Positions 1-10,600 of a stretch of 64,000 nt of DNA are shown here, piece after piece. Origin of the DNA: Obrimoposthia wandeli. Lineage: Eukaryota. The stretch is taken from assembly GCA_977020255.1 (NCBI GenBank), contig CDROCS010000774.1, positions 372,001 to 436,000 on the forward strand, read 5' to 3'. A program made the translations under genes and the position numbers. The notes beneath the pieces were generated by a model that was given only the letters and a program-made list of their open reading frames with translations, made no database searches and had not been told where the DNA came from. The first letter of the stretch is position 1. Every line of letters begins with the position of its first letter.

Positions 1-441
1 GGTCGCTGGAACTATACATATCCGTCCTGGACATCCTTTTACACACATGATCATTACAGCTTTACTGTAGGATGTCTTGATTATTTCTAGGGTGTTGTCT
101 AGATTTCTCAAATGTAGATTATATTCGGATAATGTCATCATTTCAGCTTTACTGGTCGGCATGGCTTGTAGTACCAATCCAATTACTACTCCATAAATCA
201 ATCCTTGTGCAACGGTGCACAGGGCCTTGACTGACCTTTTGCAAAGGGTTTTAATTATCAATCGTTTGAGAGATATCTGTTTCTGATTAGATCGTTTTGT
301 TATCTGTCGTTGTTTTGACATCTCCTCGATTCCATTTCTTCCGATAATTAACTGTACCGGTTTACCTTGTATCGTCAACTTTCCGAATCCATTTTTGGCG
401 GACAAGCATGTTTTATGTCCTTCCATCGTTTCAATTATCAC
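1..441 (-). CDS. Open frame not listed in the ORF track (147 codons, no stop, runs off the window edge)
   Basis: Manual translation VIIETMEGHKTCLSAK...ALCTVAQGLIYGVVIGLVLQAMPTSKAEMM...CVKGCPGRICIVPAT has no stop codon. It starts where the 438-1175 ORF ends, with a 1-nt shift. Confidence 0.7.
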   Translation of the reverse strand, partial: MIIETMEGHKTCLSAKNGFGKLTIQGKPVQLIIGRNGIEEMSKQRQITKRSNQKQISLKRLIIKTLCKRSVKALCTVAQGLIYGVVIGLVLQAMPTSKAEMMTLSEYNLHLRNLDNTLEIIKTSYSKAVMIMCVKGCPGRICIVPAT

Positions 442-1175
442 TCTCTTACTTCCATACTCACGTGTTTTGATGACATCGCCATCGAATATATACGTTGGTC
501 CTTTTGTATCAGCATCTTTTGTATTTCCTTTACAACTCGTTTTCTTCGCTTGCATCCAGCGAATGTTGTTGATATTCGGTCAAGTGTGCGCTGTCGGTCA
601 GCTTCGTAATCTATTCGAAATTGATTCAGTATTCTGTTTTGTGGGTAAAATATCGCTTCATTTACTATGTTGTCCTCGATCCTTTCGTCTAGATACACAA
701 GCACTTTGTTCGTTGGTCCATTTGGTCTTTTCATCTTTACAAACTGAAATCTTTTACTGTCGGTTCTCATAGATCGAAGACATTTTCGGATGATCCACAC
801 ATCAATTAGTCCTAACAACACTAATAGCATCATCAGTGCCGGTGTATGGTACTGTGTGGTGTAGTTGTGGATTTCGTTGAACCAGGAACTATTTCCGTGG
901 TTGGAGCCTATCTCCTGTGCTCCCGTTATCGGCAGTAAACAACTTAACAAGCCTATCGCTAGCAATCTTTGGTATTGAAAGCTGGGCACTGTTGTTGTAG
1001 CTTCATTTGTTTCTCGTTGTTGCTTCCTCTTTTCGGTGTATTTTTCTATTTCTCGAACGAGTAACGGTTTGAATTCCGTATTTGGTCTATTCTGTTTTAT
1101 GTAGACCATCGCTTCTTCTGGCGTGTGACCATGGTACTCTACCAACAAGGATACACCTATGGTAGGCGCTAACAT
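438..1175 (-). CDS. Continuation ORF: C-part of pseudophosphatase plus two hydrophobic segments
   Basis: GTMLAPTIGVSLLVEYHGHTPEEAMVYIKQNRPN parallels GISRSATLVLAYLIKTRRMQVLEALKYLQERRS of DSP1. It joins the upstream ORF by a 1-nt shift in an A-run at ~1186. Hydrophobic segments LLAIGLLSCLLPITGA and ALMMLLVLLGLIDVWII. Confidence 0.75.
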   Translation of the reverse strand: MLAPTIGVSLLVEYHGHTPEEAMVYIKQNRPNTEFKPLLVREIEKYTEKRKQQRETNEATTTVPSFQYQRLLAIGLLSCLLPITGAQEIGSNHGNSSWFNEIHNYTTQYHTPALMMLLVLLGLIDVWIIRKCLRSMRTDSKRFQFVKMKRPNGPTNKVLVYLDERIEDNIVNEAIFYPQNRILNQFRIDYEADRQRTLDRISTTFAGCKRRKRVVKEIQKMLIQKDQRIYSMAMSSKHVSMEVRE

Positions 1176-3514
1176 CGTACCTTTTTCTGATATATCAGAA
1201 CGCCGTTTCCTTCTGTGACTTCAGCTTGGATGGTTTGAGTCAATTTCGTCAGATGTTGTTGTGCATCGTTTATTTCTCGATTGGAAGCGTGTATGTATCG
1301 AGTGGTGTCATCTTCAGTATTTTGACACAGACTGATTATTTCGTTTCCGACTTCAACAATGTTGATTACTCGGTTGATACTGTGGAACTTTAATCCAGCA
1401 GTATCTATATCTCCTGGATGACATAAAAATACCTTTGGCATTATCTGTGTAATTTTGTCGACTCCGGCTAAGAATAACCCGGTCAATGATAATGCTTGGA
1501 GGAAATTCTTTTCCTTTGGATCCTCAGGAATGTCGTCCATCCGTCTTTGTTCTTGCAACAGAAGTTGGTAATTTGCCAACTGTCCCAAAAAATTAAGATT
1601 TGGGTTTGCAATACTTCTTCTCTCCTGTAGGTATTTTAGCGCTTCTAGTACCTGCATTCGTCTAGTCTTTATTAGATATGCTAATACTAGAGTTGCTGAT
1701 CGAGAAATTCCTTTCTGGCAATGTACTAACACTTTTCCTTGGTTCCGGAGTTCTCTGTGAAGTATTTCGTTTGTTTCTACGAACCATTCGAGAAGATTAG
1801 CGTCCATTGAGTCTTTTACTCTTAATGTCATAGCTCTGATCGTCTGATATTGTGATTTGTGATTCATTGTAACGTTGATCACGTATGTTATCCCTTGTTC
1901 CAACAGTTTCTTTTCATCTGTTGCATCCTCCACATTTCCGAGGTATAACTTACCTGGAATGATCTCACTCATTGGTGGCATTAATTCTGACTCTTCAAGT
2001 TTTAGTCTTTCTAATCTCTTCTCTATTTGTTCGTCGATGTTGGATAGTTTCGCCAATTTCTTTCCTCTCAGCATTCGTATTGCTGGAGAGATATTCATCT
2101 TTGTCTCTGATGTCTGTTCCTTTGTTGAGTCTTCTTCCGATTCGGTCTCTTCTGCAGATTTAATTCGTCTTTCTTGTATATTCTGTTTCACGAATTCTAT
2201 GTTTTGTCTTTTTCTGCTCTCTTTAGCGAATTCAACCTCCATGGTTCTTCCGAATCGCTCTATTATGTTATCTTCGGATTCTGTTGATTCTGTATCGTTA
2301 CTTTCCGGTTCGCTGTCTTGACTAGACTCGCTCGAAGGGTATTCTGGTATGTCTGTCTGAACTGAAATTAATGAAGGGGTTAGAATAATTGGATTGATTT
2401 CCCCTTCGTATTTGTGAATCGGATACGGTATTACGCTATCTTTAAGTATTTCAACTTGGAATTGTGCTCCATAGCACATGACAATTGTTTCCAATTTACC
2501 CATGATGGACAATCCATCAAAATAGGTAACATTCAGCTTAGATATCGGTGTCTTCGCATAATTAATTAAGTTTACTCGTATCTCGGTTGATGATGGCCAT
2601 CGATTTTTTAGTAAAATTATAATTTCGTCGTTTATCGATGTAATTACACTTGGTGCGGATGATACTATTTCGGCATGATATTTTGGCTGGTTTGAAGTTG
2701 TTACTTGTTCTCGGATCATATTGATTCTTTGTGGTTTTTTATTTTTAGCTTCCCACTTCCGGTATCCGCTGTCAATGCGTAACTCTGCCGTTGCTTTGAT
2801 GATTTTATTGTTAGTCACTTCCGGATGGGTTGGCGAATGAAATCCTTCTATTACGCTCAACCTTACAGATACTTCCGTTTGATCTGTGTCTAACCGGTGA
2901 GATTCTGGTATACAACATACAATTGTCTTTCCATCAAAGTATTTGGTGTCCATCTGACAAATTATCTTTTCAGTGTCAGCGTCGATTAAATGGACTCTCA
3001 TGATATCTCTTTTCCCATGTGAATTACGTAATACCATTATTACATCGTGGTATTCTTGTTTGAGTCTTTTTGGTGTACCATGCAGTATGTGACCACCGGC
3101 CGGTTCTTTTTCTTCCTGACTGGCTAGTCCTGCTTCAGTACTGACATAGTTCTGCCATGCAACTATGTTTGGTGTCAATGTGATTTCGATTATCACTTTC
3201 TCAGTCGTAAACACATTGGAATTTTGATAAAGTGCTGCGACTAATGTATTTCCGTCGTAGTATGACACTCTAAGTTCGCACAGAAATTCGTTTGTCAGTG
3301 CATCTTTCACAATGACTTTTTTCGCCACATCTGTTGGTTGTGTTTTTTCGAAAACAACTATTATCTCTTCGTCTTCTTCTAATATCTCTTGTGGTGCGAT
3401 GTGTCGGATTACTTCCTTTTCCTCTTGGTACTTCATTCTGAGCATACCAATTCTCGCTGGTTTTTCCTCGCTACCACTCGTCATCATGTTTATGTAGTTC
3501 CGATCACTTACCAT
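1169..3514 (-). CDS. Post-integrase cargo ORF: 3 IPT/TIG-like repeats, dual-specificity phosphatase, N-part of a second phosphatase-like domain
   Basis: DSP motifs IIPGKLYLGN, GITYVINVT, general-acid D (VKDS), VLVHCQKGISRSATLVLAYL (1697-1723) and NPNLNFLGQL. Three repeats carry P..I....II and Y(Y/F)DG.T/S motifs. The frame is open upstream to ~3598. Confidence 0.85.
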   Translation of the reverse strand: MVSDRNYINMMTSGSEEKPARIGMLRMKYQEEKEVIRHIAPQEILEEDEEIIVVFEKTQPTDVAKKVIVKDALTNEFLCELRVSYYDGNTLVAALYQNSNVFTTEKVIIEITLTPNIVAWQNYVSTEAGLASQEEKEPAGGHILHGTPKRLKQEYHDVIMVLRNSHGKRDIMRVHLIDADTEKIICQMDTKYFDGKTIVCCIPESHRLDTDQTEVSVRLSVIEGFHSPTHPEVTNNKIIKATAELRIDSGYRKWEAKNKKPQRINMIREQVTTSNQPKYHAEIVSSAPSVITSINDEIIILLKNRWPSSTEIRVNLINYAKTPISKLNVTYFDGLSIMGKLETIVMCYGAQFQVEILKDSVIPYPIHKYEGEINPIILTPSLISVQTDIPEYPSSESSQDSEPESNDTESTESEDNIIERFGRTMEVEFAKESRKRQNIEFVKQNIQERRIKSAEETESEEDSTKEQTSETKMNISPAIRMLRGKKLAKLSNIDEQIEKRLERLKLEESELMPPMSEIIPGKLYLGNVEDATDEKKLLEQGITYVINVTMNHKSQYQTIRAMTLRVKDSMDANLLEWFVETNEILHRELRNQGKVLVHCQKGISRSATLVLAYLIKTRRMQVLEALKYLQERRSIANPNLNFLGQLANYQLLLQEQRRMDDIPEDPKEKNFLQALSLTGLFLAGVDKITQIMPKVFLCHPGDIDTAGLKFHSINRVINIVEVGNEIISLCQNTEDDTTRYIHASNREINDAQQHLTKLTQTIQAEVTEGNGVLIYQKKVRC

Positions 3515-3599
3515 TCGTGTAAGTTTAATGGTATTGGTATTCGATTTCGATTTCTGTGATCTTAACTCATATCGTGACGCATTATCTTTATTTGGTACT

Positions 3600-4670
3600 C
3601 AATTTGCATCGATTTGCATGTACAATCATCGGCTCCTTGTTCCGATTCTCCTCGTTGATTACTTTCAAATTTGTTGAGGTTGTCTGATCACCTTGTATGG
3701 TCCTTTGTATGGTCTGTGAAGTTTAAACGATAGACCTGGTTCGATGACTGGATAAAATATCATCACTTGATCTCCGACTCTAAATTCATGTGGTTTTGCT
3801 TTTTGTCGTATTGTTCCTTGTAACCTTCTTGATTGAATTTCAACTTCAATCCGGCTTTGGTCCAAGCATCTTGTAACCTTTCCTTCATGACGACAATGTA
3901 TTGTTCAGTTTCTAGGTACTGAGATGTTGGCTCGGTCCATTCCAGATCCATTGGCATATTGTTCTGTCTGAGATACATCAGATAGAATGGTGTGTGACCC
4001 GTCGCCTCTCGAACTGAATTCCTGTAAGCATATAAACATGAAGGTAATATTTATCCCAATCCTCTTGCTTGTCTGAGCAATAGATTGTACCATCATACAT
4101 AAAGTTTTATTAAACCTTTCCACCAGACCATCTGTCTGTGGGTGATATGGTGAAGTTTGTAACTTCATGATTCCGAATATCTTCGATACTGCTTTTATGA
4201 CTTCTCCAGTGAAGTTCTTACCTTGATCCGTTAACAATTTTCTAGGCACTCCGTATCGAAATATTATCTCTTCTACTAAGATTTGTGCTATTGTTTCAGC
4301 CTTCTGGTTCTGCATGGGATATGCTTCTACCCATCTCGTCATGTAATCCGTAAATACTATGACATACTTGTTTCCTTTACTTGATTCTCTCAATGGTCCC
4401 AATATATCCATCGCTGTGAATTCCATTGGTGCCAAGGGAACTGGCATTGGTTTCAACGGAACTTTAGTACGAGTTCCGGTGTCTTTTCTGGTTAAACATA
4501 CTTTACATTGTTTACACCATTGTTTTATGTCGTCTTCCATACCATCCCAATGGTACTTCTCTTTGATTCTGGCTATTGTCTTTCGCCCTGACAGATGTCC
4601 TCCTAGTGTTCCGTCGTGATACTGGATCATCACTGCTGTTTTCAATGACTTCGGAATTACTACTACTATC
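3600..4670 (-). other. Integrase (HHCC + DDE core + C-terminal GPY region; C-terminal part split by frameshifts)
   Basis: YHDGTLGGHLS..CKQCKVC; AMDILGPL, LTDQGKNF, YHPQTDGLVERFNKTL. Across frameshifts the sequence reads DWDKY-LPSCLYAYRNSVREATGHTPFYLMY, FRVGDQV, YKGPYKV and IVHANRCK. Confidence 0.93.
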
Positions 4671-7600
4671 TTTCCGACATTATTGACAATATACAAGATT
4701 CCTTCTTTTATCGAGTATTTTTTCGTCATTTCATCGTTTAGATCTCCTTTCACCAACAATTCTTTGATTAGACTCAGTTCTTCATCTTCTTTCTGTTCTT
4801 TGATGATCTCTTTGTCTATTTTACCCGTCTTTAGCAAAATCGTCAGTAGATTTGCTTCTCCTTTTTGGTCATTGGTTTCATCTTCTTCTGGAATTATGTT
4901 TCCTTTCTCGTCTACATTTGTCAATCTCGACAAACAATCTGCGTTGCCGTTCGACTTTCCGGTTCTATAACGGATTTCTAGATCGAATTCGGCCAATTTT
5001 AGAAACCATCTGTTTAATCTACTCATCTCATCTCTATGTTTATATAAGAACTGTAGTGGTTTGTGATCTGTATACAGGAATACTTTTTGTCCTAGCAAAT
5101 AGTGTCTGTACTGTCTACATGAATACACTATGGCTAGACATTCCTTTTCGATAACAGAGTATCCTCTTTCGGCTCTGTTTAATCCTCTACTCGCATACGC
5201 GATGACGTGTTCTCTTCCTTCGTCATCCTCTTGTCCCAATACTGCTCCTACAGCATAGTTACTTGCATCTGTCATGAGTATGAACTGTCGGTTTATATCT
5301 GGGAACGCTAATATTGGTGCTTTTATCAATCTTTCTTTTAAATGCTCGAACGCTTGTTGGGCTTCTTTTCCCCATATGAACTTCTCATCTTTTCTCGTCA
5401 ACTTTCTCAATGGTGTTGCTATATCTGAAAAATGTTCAACAAATCGTCTATAATAATTCGCAAGACCTAAAAAACTCTGTATCTCCTTAACAGTCTTTGG
5501 CGCTAAATGCGCTTTTACTTTCTCGATCTTTGCCGGATCAGGTCGAATGCCTTCTTTCGATACTATATGTCCTAAAAATGTTACTCGCTCTTTAGCCCAT
5601 TCGCATTTTGTAGGTTTAACTTTTAATTTAGCGTTTTCCAGTCTTTTAAATACAACTTCAAGATTTTTTAAATGTTCTTCGAACGTTTTCGAAAATATTA
5701 TTATGTCATCAATATAAACCATCGTGTTTGCACACGATGCGAGTACAAAATTCATGCAACGCTGAAATGTTGCTGGAGCTCCTGTCAGTCCGAATGGCAT
5801 CTTTTCGCATTCGTATAATCCATCTCCGCAGGAAAAGGCTGTTTTGTGTTTATCCTCTTCCTCTATCTCGATTTGCCAGTATCCACTCTGCAAATCCAAT
5901 GTCGTAAAATAATCTGAATTACCCAATTTATCGAGCATCTCTTCGATTCTAGGTAATGGATACACATCTTTTCTTGTGATCTTGTTCAGTTCTCTGAAAT
6001 CTATACAGAATCTCATTTTCCCATCCTTCTTTTTTACCAACACCACAGGTGCTGAGAATGGCGAAAAACTCGGTCTAATTACTCCTGTTTTAGACATATC
6101 TTCAATCTGACTTTTTACTTCATCTTGTAATTGTAATGGTACTCGATATGGTCTTCTTCTGACTACTTTGTCTTCTGTCAGTGGTATTGTATGTTTTATG
6201 ACAGGTGTTTCTCCTATGTCATATGGATTTTTTGCAATTACTTTCGGAAATTTATGTATTAGATCAAGTAATTGTTTCTTTTCTCTAGTTGTCAGTCTTT
6301 CTGATTGGATTACTATTTCTTCGTAATCGTTCGTATCTTTATCGAGTTTCATAGCACACACGGTGGGATTCTCCATCTGTGCTATCTTTCCCAACCTCAT
6401 TCCTCTGTATAATAGAATGTCATTGTTGGTTGTATTCATCAGTCTAACTGGTATTTTGTGGTTTTCGATCAGGCATACTGTACTCACAACTGGTAATTCG
6501 TATTTCTCTATGAAATCTCGTGATGGTTCGAACACAACTGGTCCTTTATCTTCTGATAATGTGTGACCTTGAATAAGAAATTGCGATCTTTTACCGATTT
6601 TTATAGGAATCTCTATAATTACATCAATTTGGTTTATTTGTCTGTTTGATGTGCTATCCTTCAATCTTGGATCTTGTAAATCAATACTTATCCCTTTAAG
6701 TTGTGATAGTACATCCATTCCTAAAATTGTAGGTTCAGGACATTCTTTCATGATTCTAACTGGTATAGTGATCGTATTACGTCCAATTATAAATGTACAT
6801 GGTAATATTCCCGTCACTTTTACAGGGTCTCCATTGACCGATACCAAGAATTCATCTGGTTCTGCCATTGTTCGTTTCTGTTCCTCTGTCAAACAGTCTT
6901 CACTTACTATCGAAGCTACAGCACCTGTATCAATTAAGGCTTTTACTCTTAAATTATTTACTCTAATGATAGCTGCTGGTCGCTGTGCTCCATTTATGTT
7001 TCCCATATGGTATATTGTATTTATCGAATTATTACACTCTGTCAGTCCACTTCCTATGTTTGGATAGTGAAATCTAATGTTTCTCACTTGTCGATCTATT
7101 ATTCTTCGACAAATCGGACATGATACCATTTCATTCGCACATCTCCGACATGTTCTGACATGTCCGCATGGTAGAAAGGCAACTTCTATTTTGTTGACCA
7201 TGCAAACTGCGCATTCCGGATCTTCTAGTACGTATTCTAATTCATTTATGTACTCTTTCTCTTTTGTTTCGATTGTACTGTCATCTTTATCTCGCAGTAA
7301 TTCAAAAATCGATCCGTATCCGTTTCGCGTAGTTTTTATTTTTAATTCTACCAATTCTCTAATTCTTTCTGCTTCTTTTGGATATAACCTTCTCACGAAT
7401 GACACTACCGGTGTGTCTTGTTGAGCCAAAATCTCTTTTCGTGTGATTTGGTATTCGATTATACATTCGGTTTTCTGTTCTTTTTGCTTTATTTTATTAC
7501 AAAATTCGCAAAATTCATGATGTAAAATTTTCTTAGGTAGCTCAAGAGTATATCTGTCGATAATTCGTTCTTTTTTACACTTGTGGCATTTAATTACGTC

Positions 7601-10600
7601 TTTACCATCCTTTTTTATAGCAAAAAGTCCCTTTTTTGCCAATTTTTTAAGTCTTGGGTCTTCGAAAGTTATTTCTCGATACTGTTCGTCACATTCGTTC
7701 ACTTCTCGCATAACTTCGAATATATCTTCAATTCGACTATTCGTTATTACTCTACCTGTTATTAGAGCTGATTCTCCTTTTGGAATCCCGTCACTGTAAT
7801 CGAAATCGGGTGCTTTTCCCGTTTGGATTTCTGGTACGTTTGACGTTTTCAGTTTCAAAAGAAATGGACAATTTGGTGCATCTTTTTTATGACGTCTCAT
7901 TGGGTTTTCATTCTTTTCCCATTCTCTGAACTTTACTCTACACCATACGCATCGTACTACTATCTCTTGACCATAACTGCTTGTCGCATTTAACATTTCT
8001 AACCCTGATCTTGCCATTTTACGTGCCATTCCTTTTGAATAGTACTGTTCTAATATATTTCGTCTCTTTCTCTCGAATCTCATGGGATCCCTTTCTGACA
8101 GATTTACATATGTTATTTTTCTCCTCGTCGTATCTTGTGGTCCGAAATTTACATTTTTGTAGTGAAGTATCGACTTTGCTAGCGCTTCCTGTTTTCTGTC
8201 TGGGTACGAACCTCCCATACGGAACGTAGTGCATTTTTCCTTTTCGACTATGGGTCCTCTCAACATTTTTATCTCTCTCACTGAACTGTCATTCTTATAA
8301 CTCTTGTTGTTTGGTAGTATAATTATTCCTTCAAACATTCGTATTACGTCCATCCCAATCATGACTGGACTACCGCAATCTGTGAATATTCTAGCATTTA
8401 ACTGCAATGCTCTTCCATCGATATTCAATGAACATTTTAGTGTTCCTTCCGACACTACATCTGTACCATTCACGTTAACAAATGTCTGTTTTCTAGGACA
8501 TACTTCTCTTAATTCTTTTGATGACAAGATTTCTTTACTCAGTACTGATACTGCAGATCCGGTATCAACTTCGGCAAGATATTCTCTTCCGTTCAATGTT
8601 ACTGCTACTTGTGGTGGAGCATTTGGATTCTCATTTGATATCCTAGATTTCAGAATTCTTCTGGAATTATCTTTTTTGTCTTTTTCCTCTGCTTGTGGAA
8701 TCTCACTGTAGCTCACTTTAGGCCATCTTATCATTAGGATGCCTCTCTTGAACTTTTCCTTTTCCTCCTTTAGTTCCTTCATTGGATATAGGTTTAACGC
8801 TACTTCTTCCTTGTCTGGTAATGGAATCTTCGGTTTTCCTGGTATCTTTGCATATACTTCTGGACTATCATTATCGTCGTCGTTGTCGTCTCGATAGTTT
8901 CTTGGTTCTCTCATCATGGTTCTCGTTTGGTGTTGTTCCTTCTTGAGGGCTCGCAACTCGTTCTCGTGATGATGGTGCATTAGATATTTTGCTAAAAATG
9001 GAAAACATCCAACTATAAGTTGCCAGGTGATTCCGGTTATCCTGTATAAACTATACGTAGACAACACCTGGGCTATAATTACCTGCACAAATTTAATTAT
9101 AACATAAATACCTATGATACCCGAAAATAATTGTCCTAAAACAAGGAATTTCCCCCACATCTTTCTAAGTGTCTGATGTGCTGCTTCCTTGAAATGACTT
9201 GGCGATAATAACATATCGAAATTCGCATATCTCGCTCCTGGCGGTAATGCTCGATGTACCATCTCCGTAAATACTCTGGCTCTTCTTACTGGAAACATTA
9301 TTTCGTTCCACGCCGCTTTTAAATCTCTTTCATTGTACAATCCTGCGTTCTCCATATTTTCCACCGCTTGGAATTTCATTTTACCTTTAAGATTCGTCAT
9401 TCTTATCATCGCTGGGGTTGTCGTTGGCTTTCGATCAGGTAACGTTATCCATAGATTATTCGTCATCTGATATTCAGGTGCCATTATATTAGAGCAGCTG
9501 ATTTCTTTAGTTGGAGTGTCTTTTGGAAGTAACATTCTCGTGATTGGCTCAACAAAAAGATCTTTTAAATTATACGTTACTGCCAATTCGCTCGTACATC
9601 GATCTGTTTTTCTCAACTGTACCTCTACTTTATTACACTTGTAAGTATACAATACTTCTCCCATGGTTTTAGCAAATACTCCTTCATCCAAGGGTAATAA
9701 TGGTGCTACCATGTCTGGATTCGTAATAGCTAATGCTAATTTTGTTCTTACGATCTCTTTGTTTAGCTGGCAATCTCTTTCGATCATCATCCGATATAAC
9801 TGTTCCATTTGCATCAATCCTTTATGATAATAGAAATCAATTTTATTATTAAAATACGTGTGTAGCTGCATATCTTTTGGTTTTAGCTTGGTTTCTGCCA
9901 ATGCTATTGCTTCTTTAGACAAAACTATTCCTGGATAGTTTGTAGTACTAACAGTCATTCCGCATCGCGCTTTGTTTCTCTTTTTAATAAATATCAATCC
10001 TTCTTCTATTGATGTTGCCATTAACAGTGTAGGTGTTTTTGTCATTGGGATTGGTCTTGTTTCATTGAGCAATCCTTTTCCAACTTTATTATACAGGAAT
10101 CCTTCTCCATCTTTATTATACAGGAATCCTTTTATTTTATTAAAGCTAATCTCTTTCAAAAATACTAAAGAGCATTGCTTCGGATTTATGTTATACACAA
10201 TTGTGGATTCGCCTGTAAAACAAGATGTATCTGTCATTTTACATTCTGGATACTTCATCATTAGTTGTGTCTTTTTATCAAAATTGGCGGTCCATGTTTT
10301 TAATTCGATTTTGTAAGTTACATCCATTACTAACTCAGATACTTTGGTTCCACGCACGTTTTTTGTTTCTCCGTCACAAGATCCATCAGCCCATCGTTGT
10401 CCGACTCTCGTGACTGTTTCGTATCGTCTCACTCCAATTTTTACTTCAGGTTTGTAATTCTTGTCTACCTCTATTGTTCCCGTTCGAAATGCATCTTCGC
10501 AATCTCTCGGCAAAACCTTATGTGCCTTGTACGGTGTGGTAGGTGTGATTTCTGACATAAAACTTCTATGGCCACAATAGAATTCGTGATAACTTGAATG

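Noticed and set aside
6350-6640. Possible dUTPase between protease 2 and RT
   Set aside because: Beta-rich segment (IPVRLMNTTNNDILLYRGMRLG) lacks the five dUTPase motifs and resembles the ordinary PR-RT linker of many Gypsy elements.
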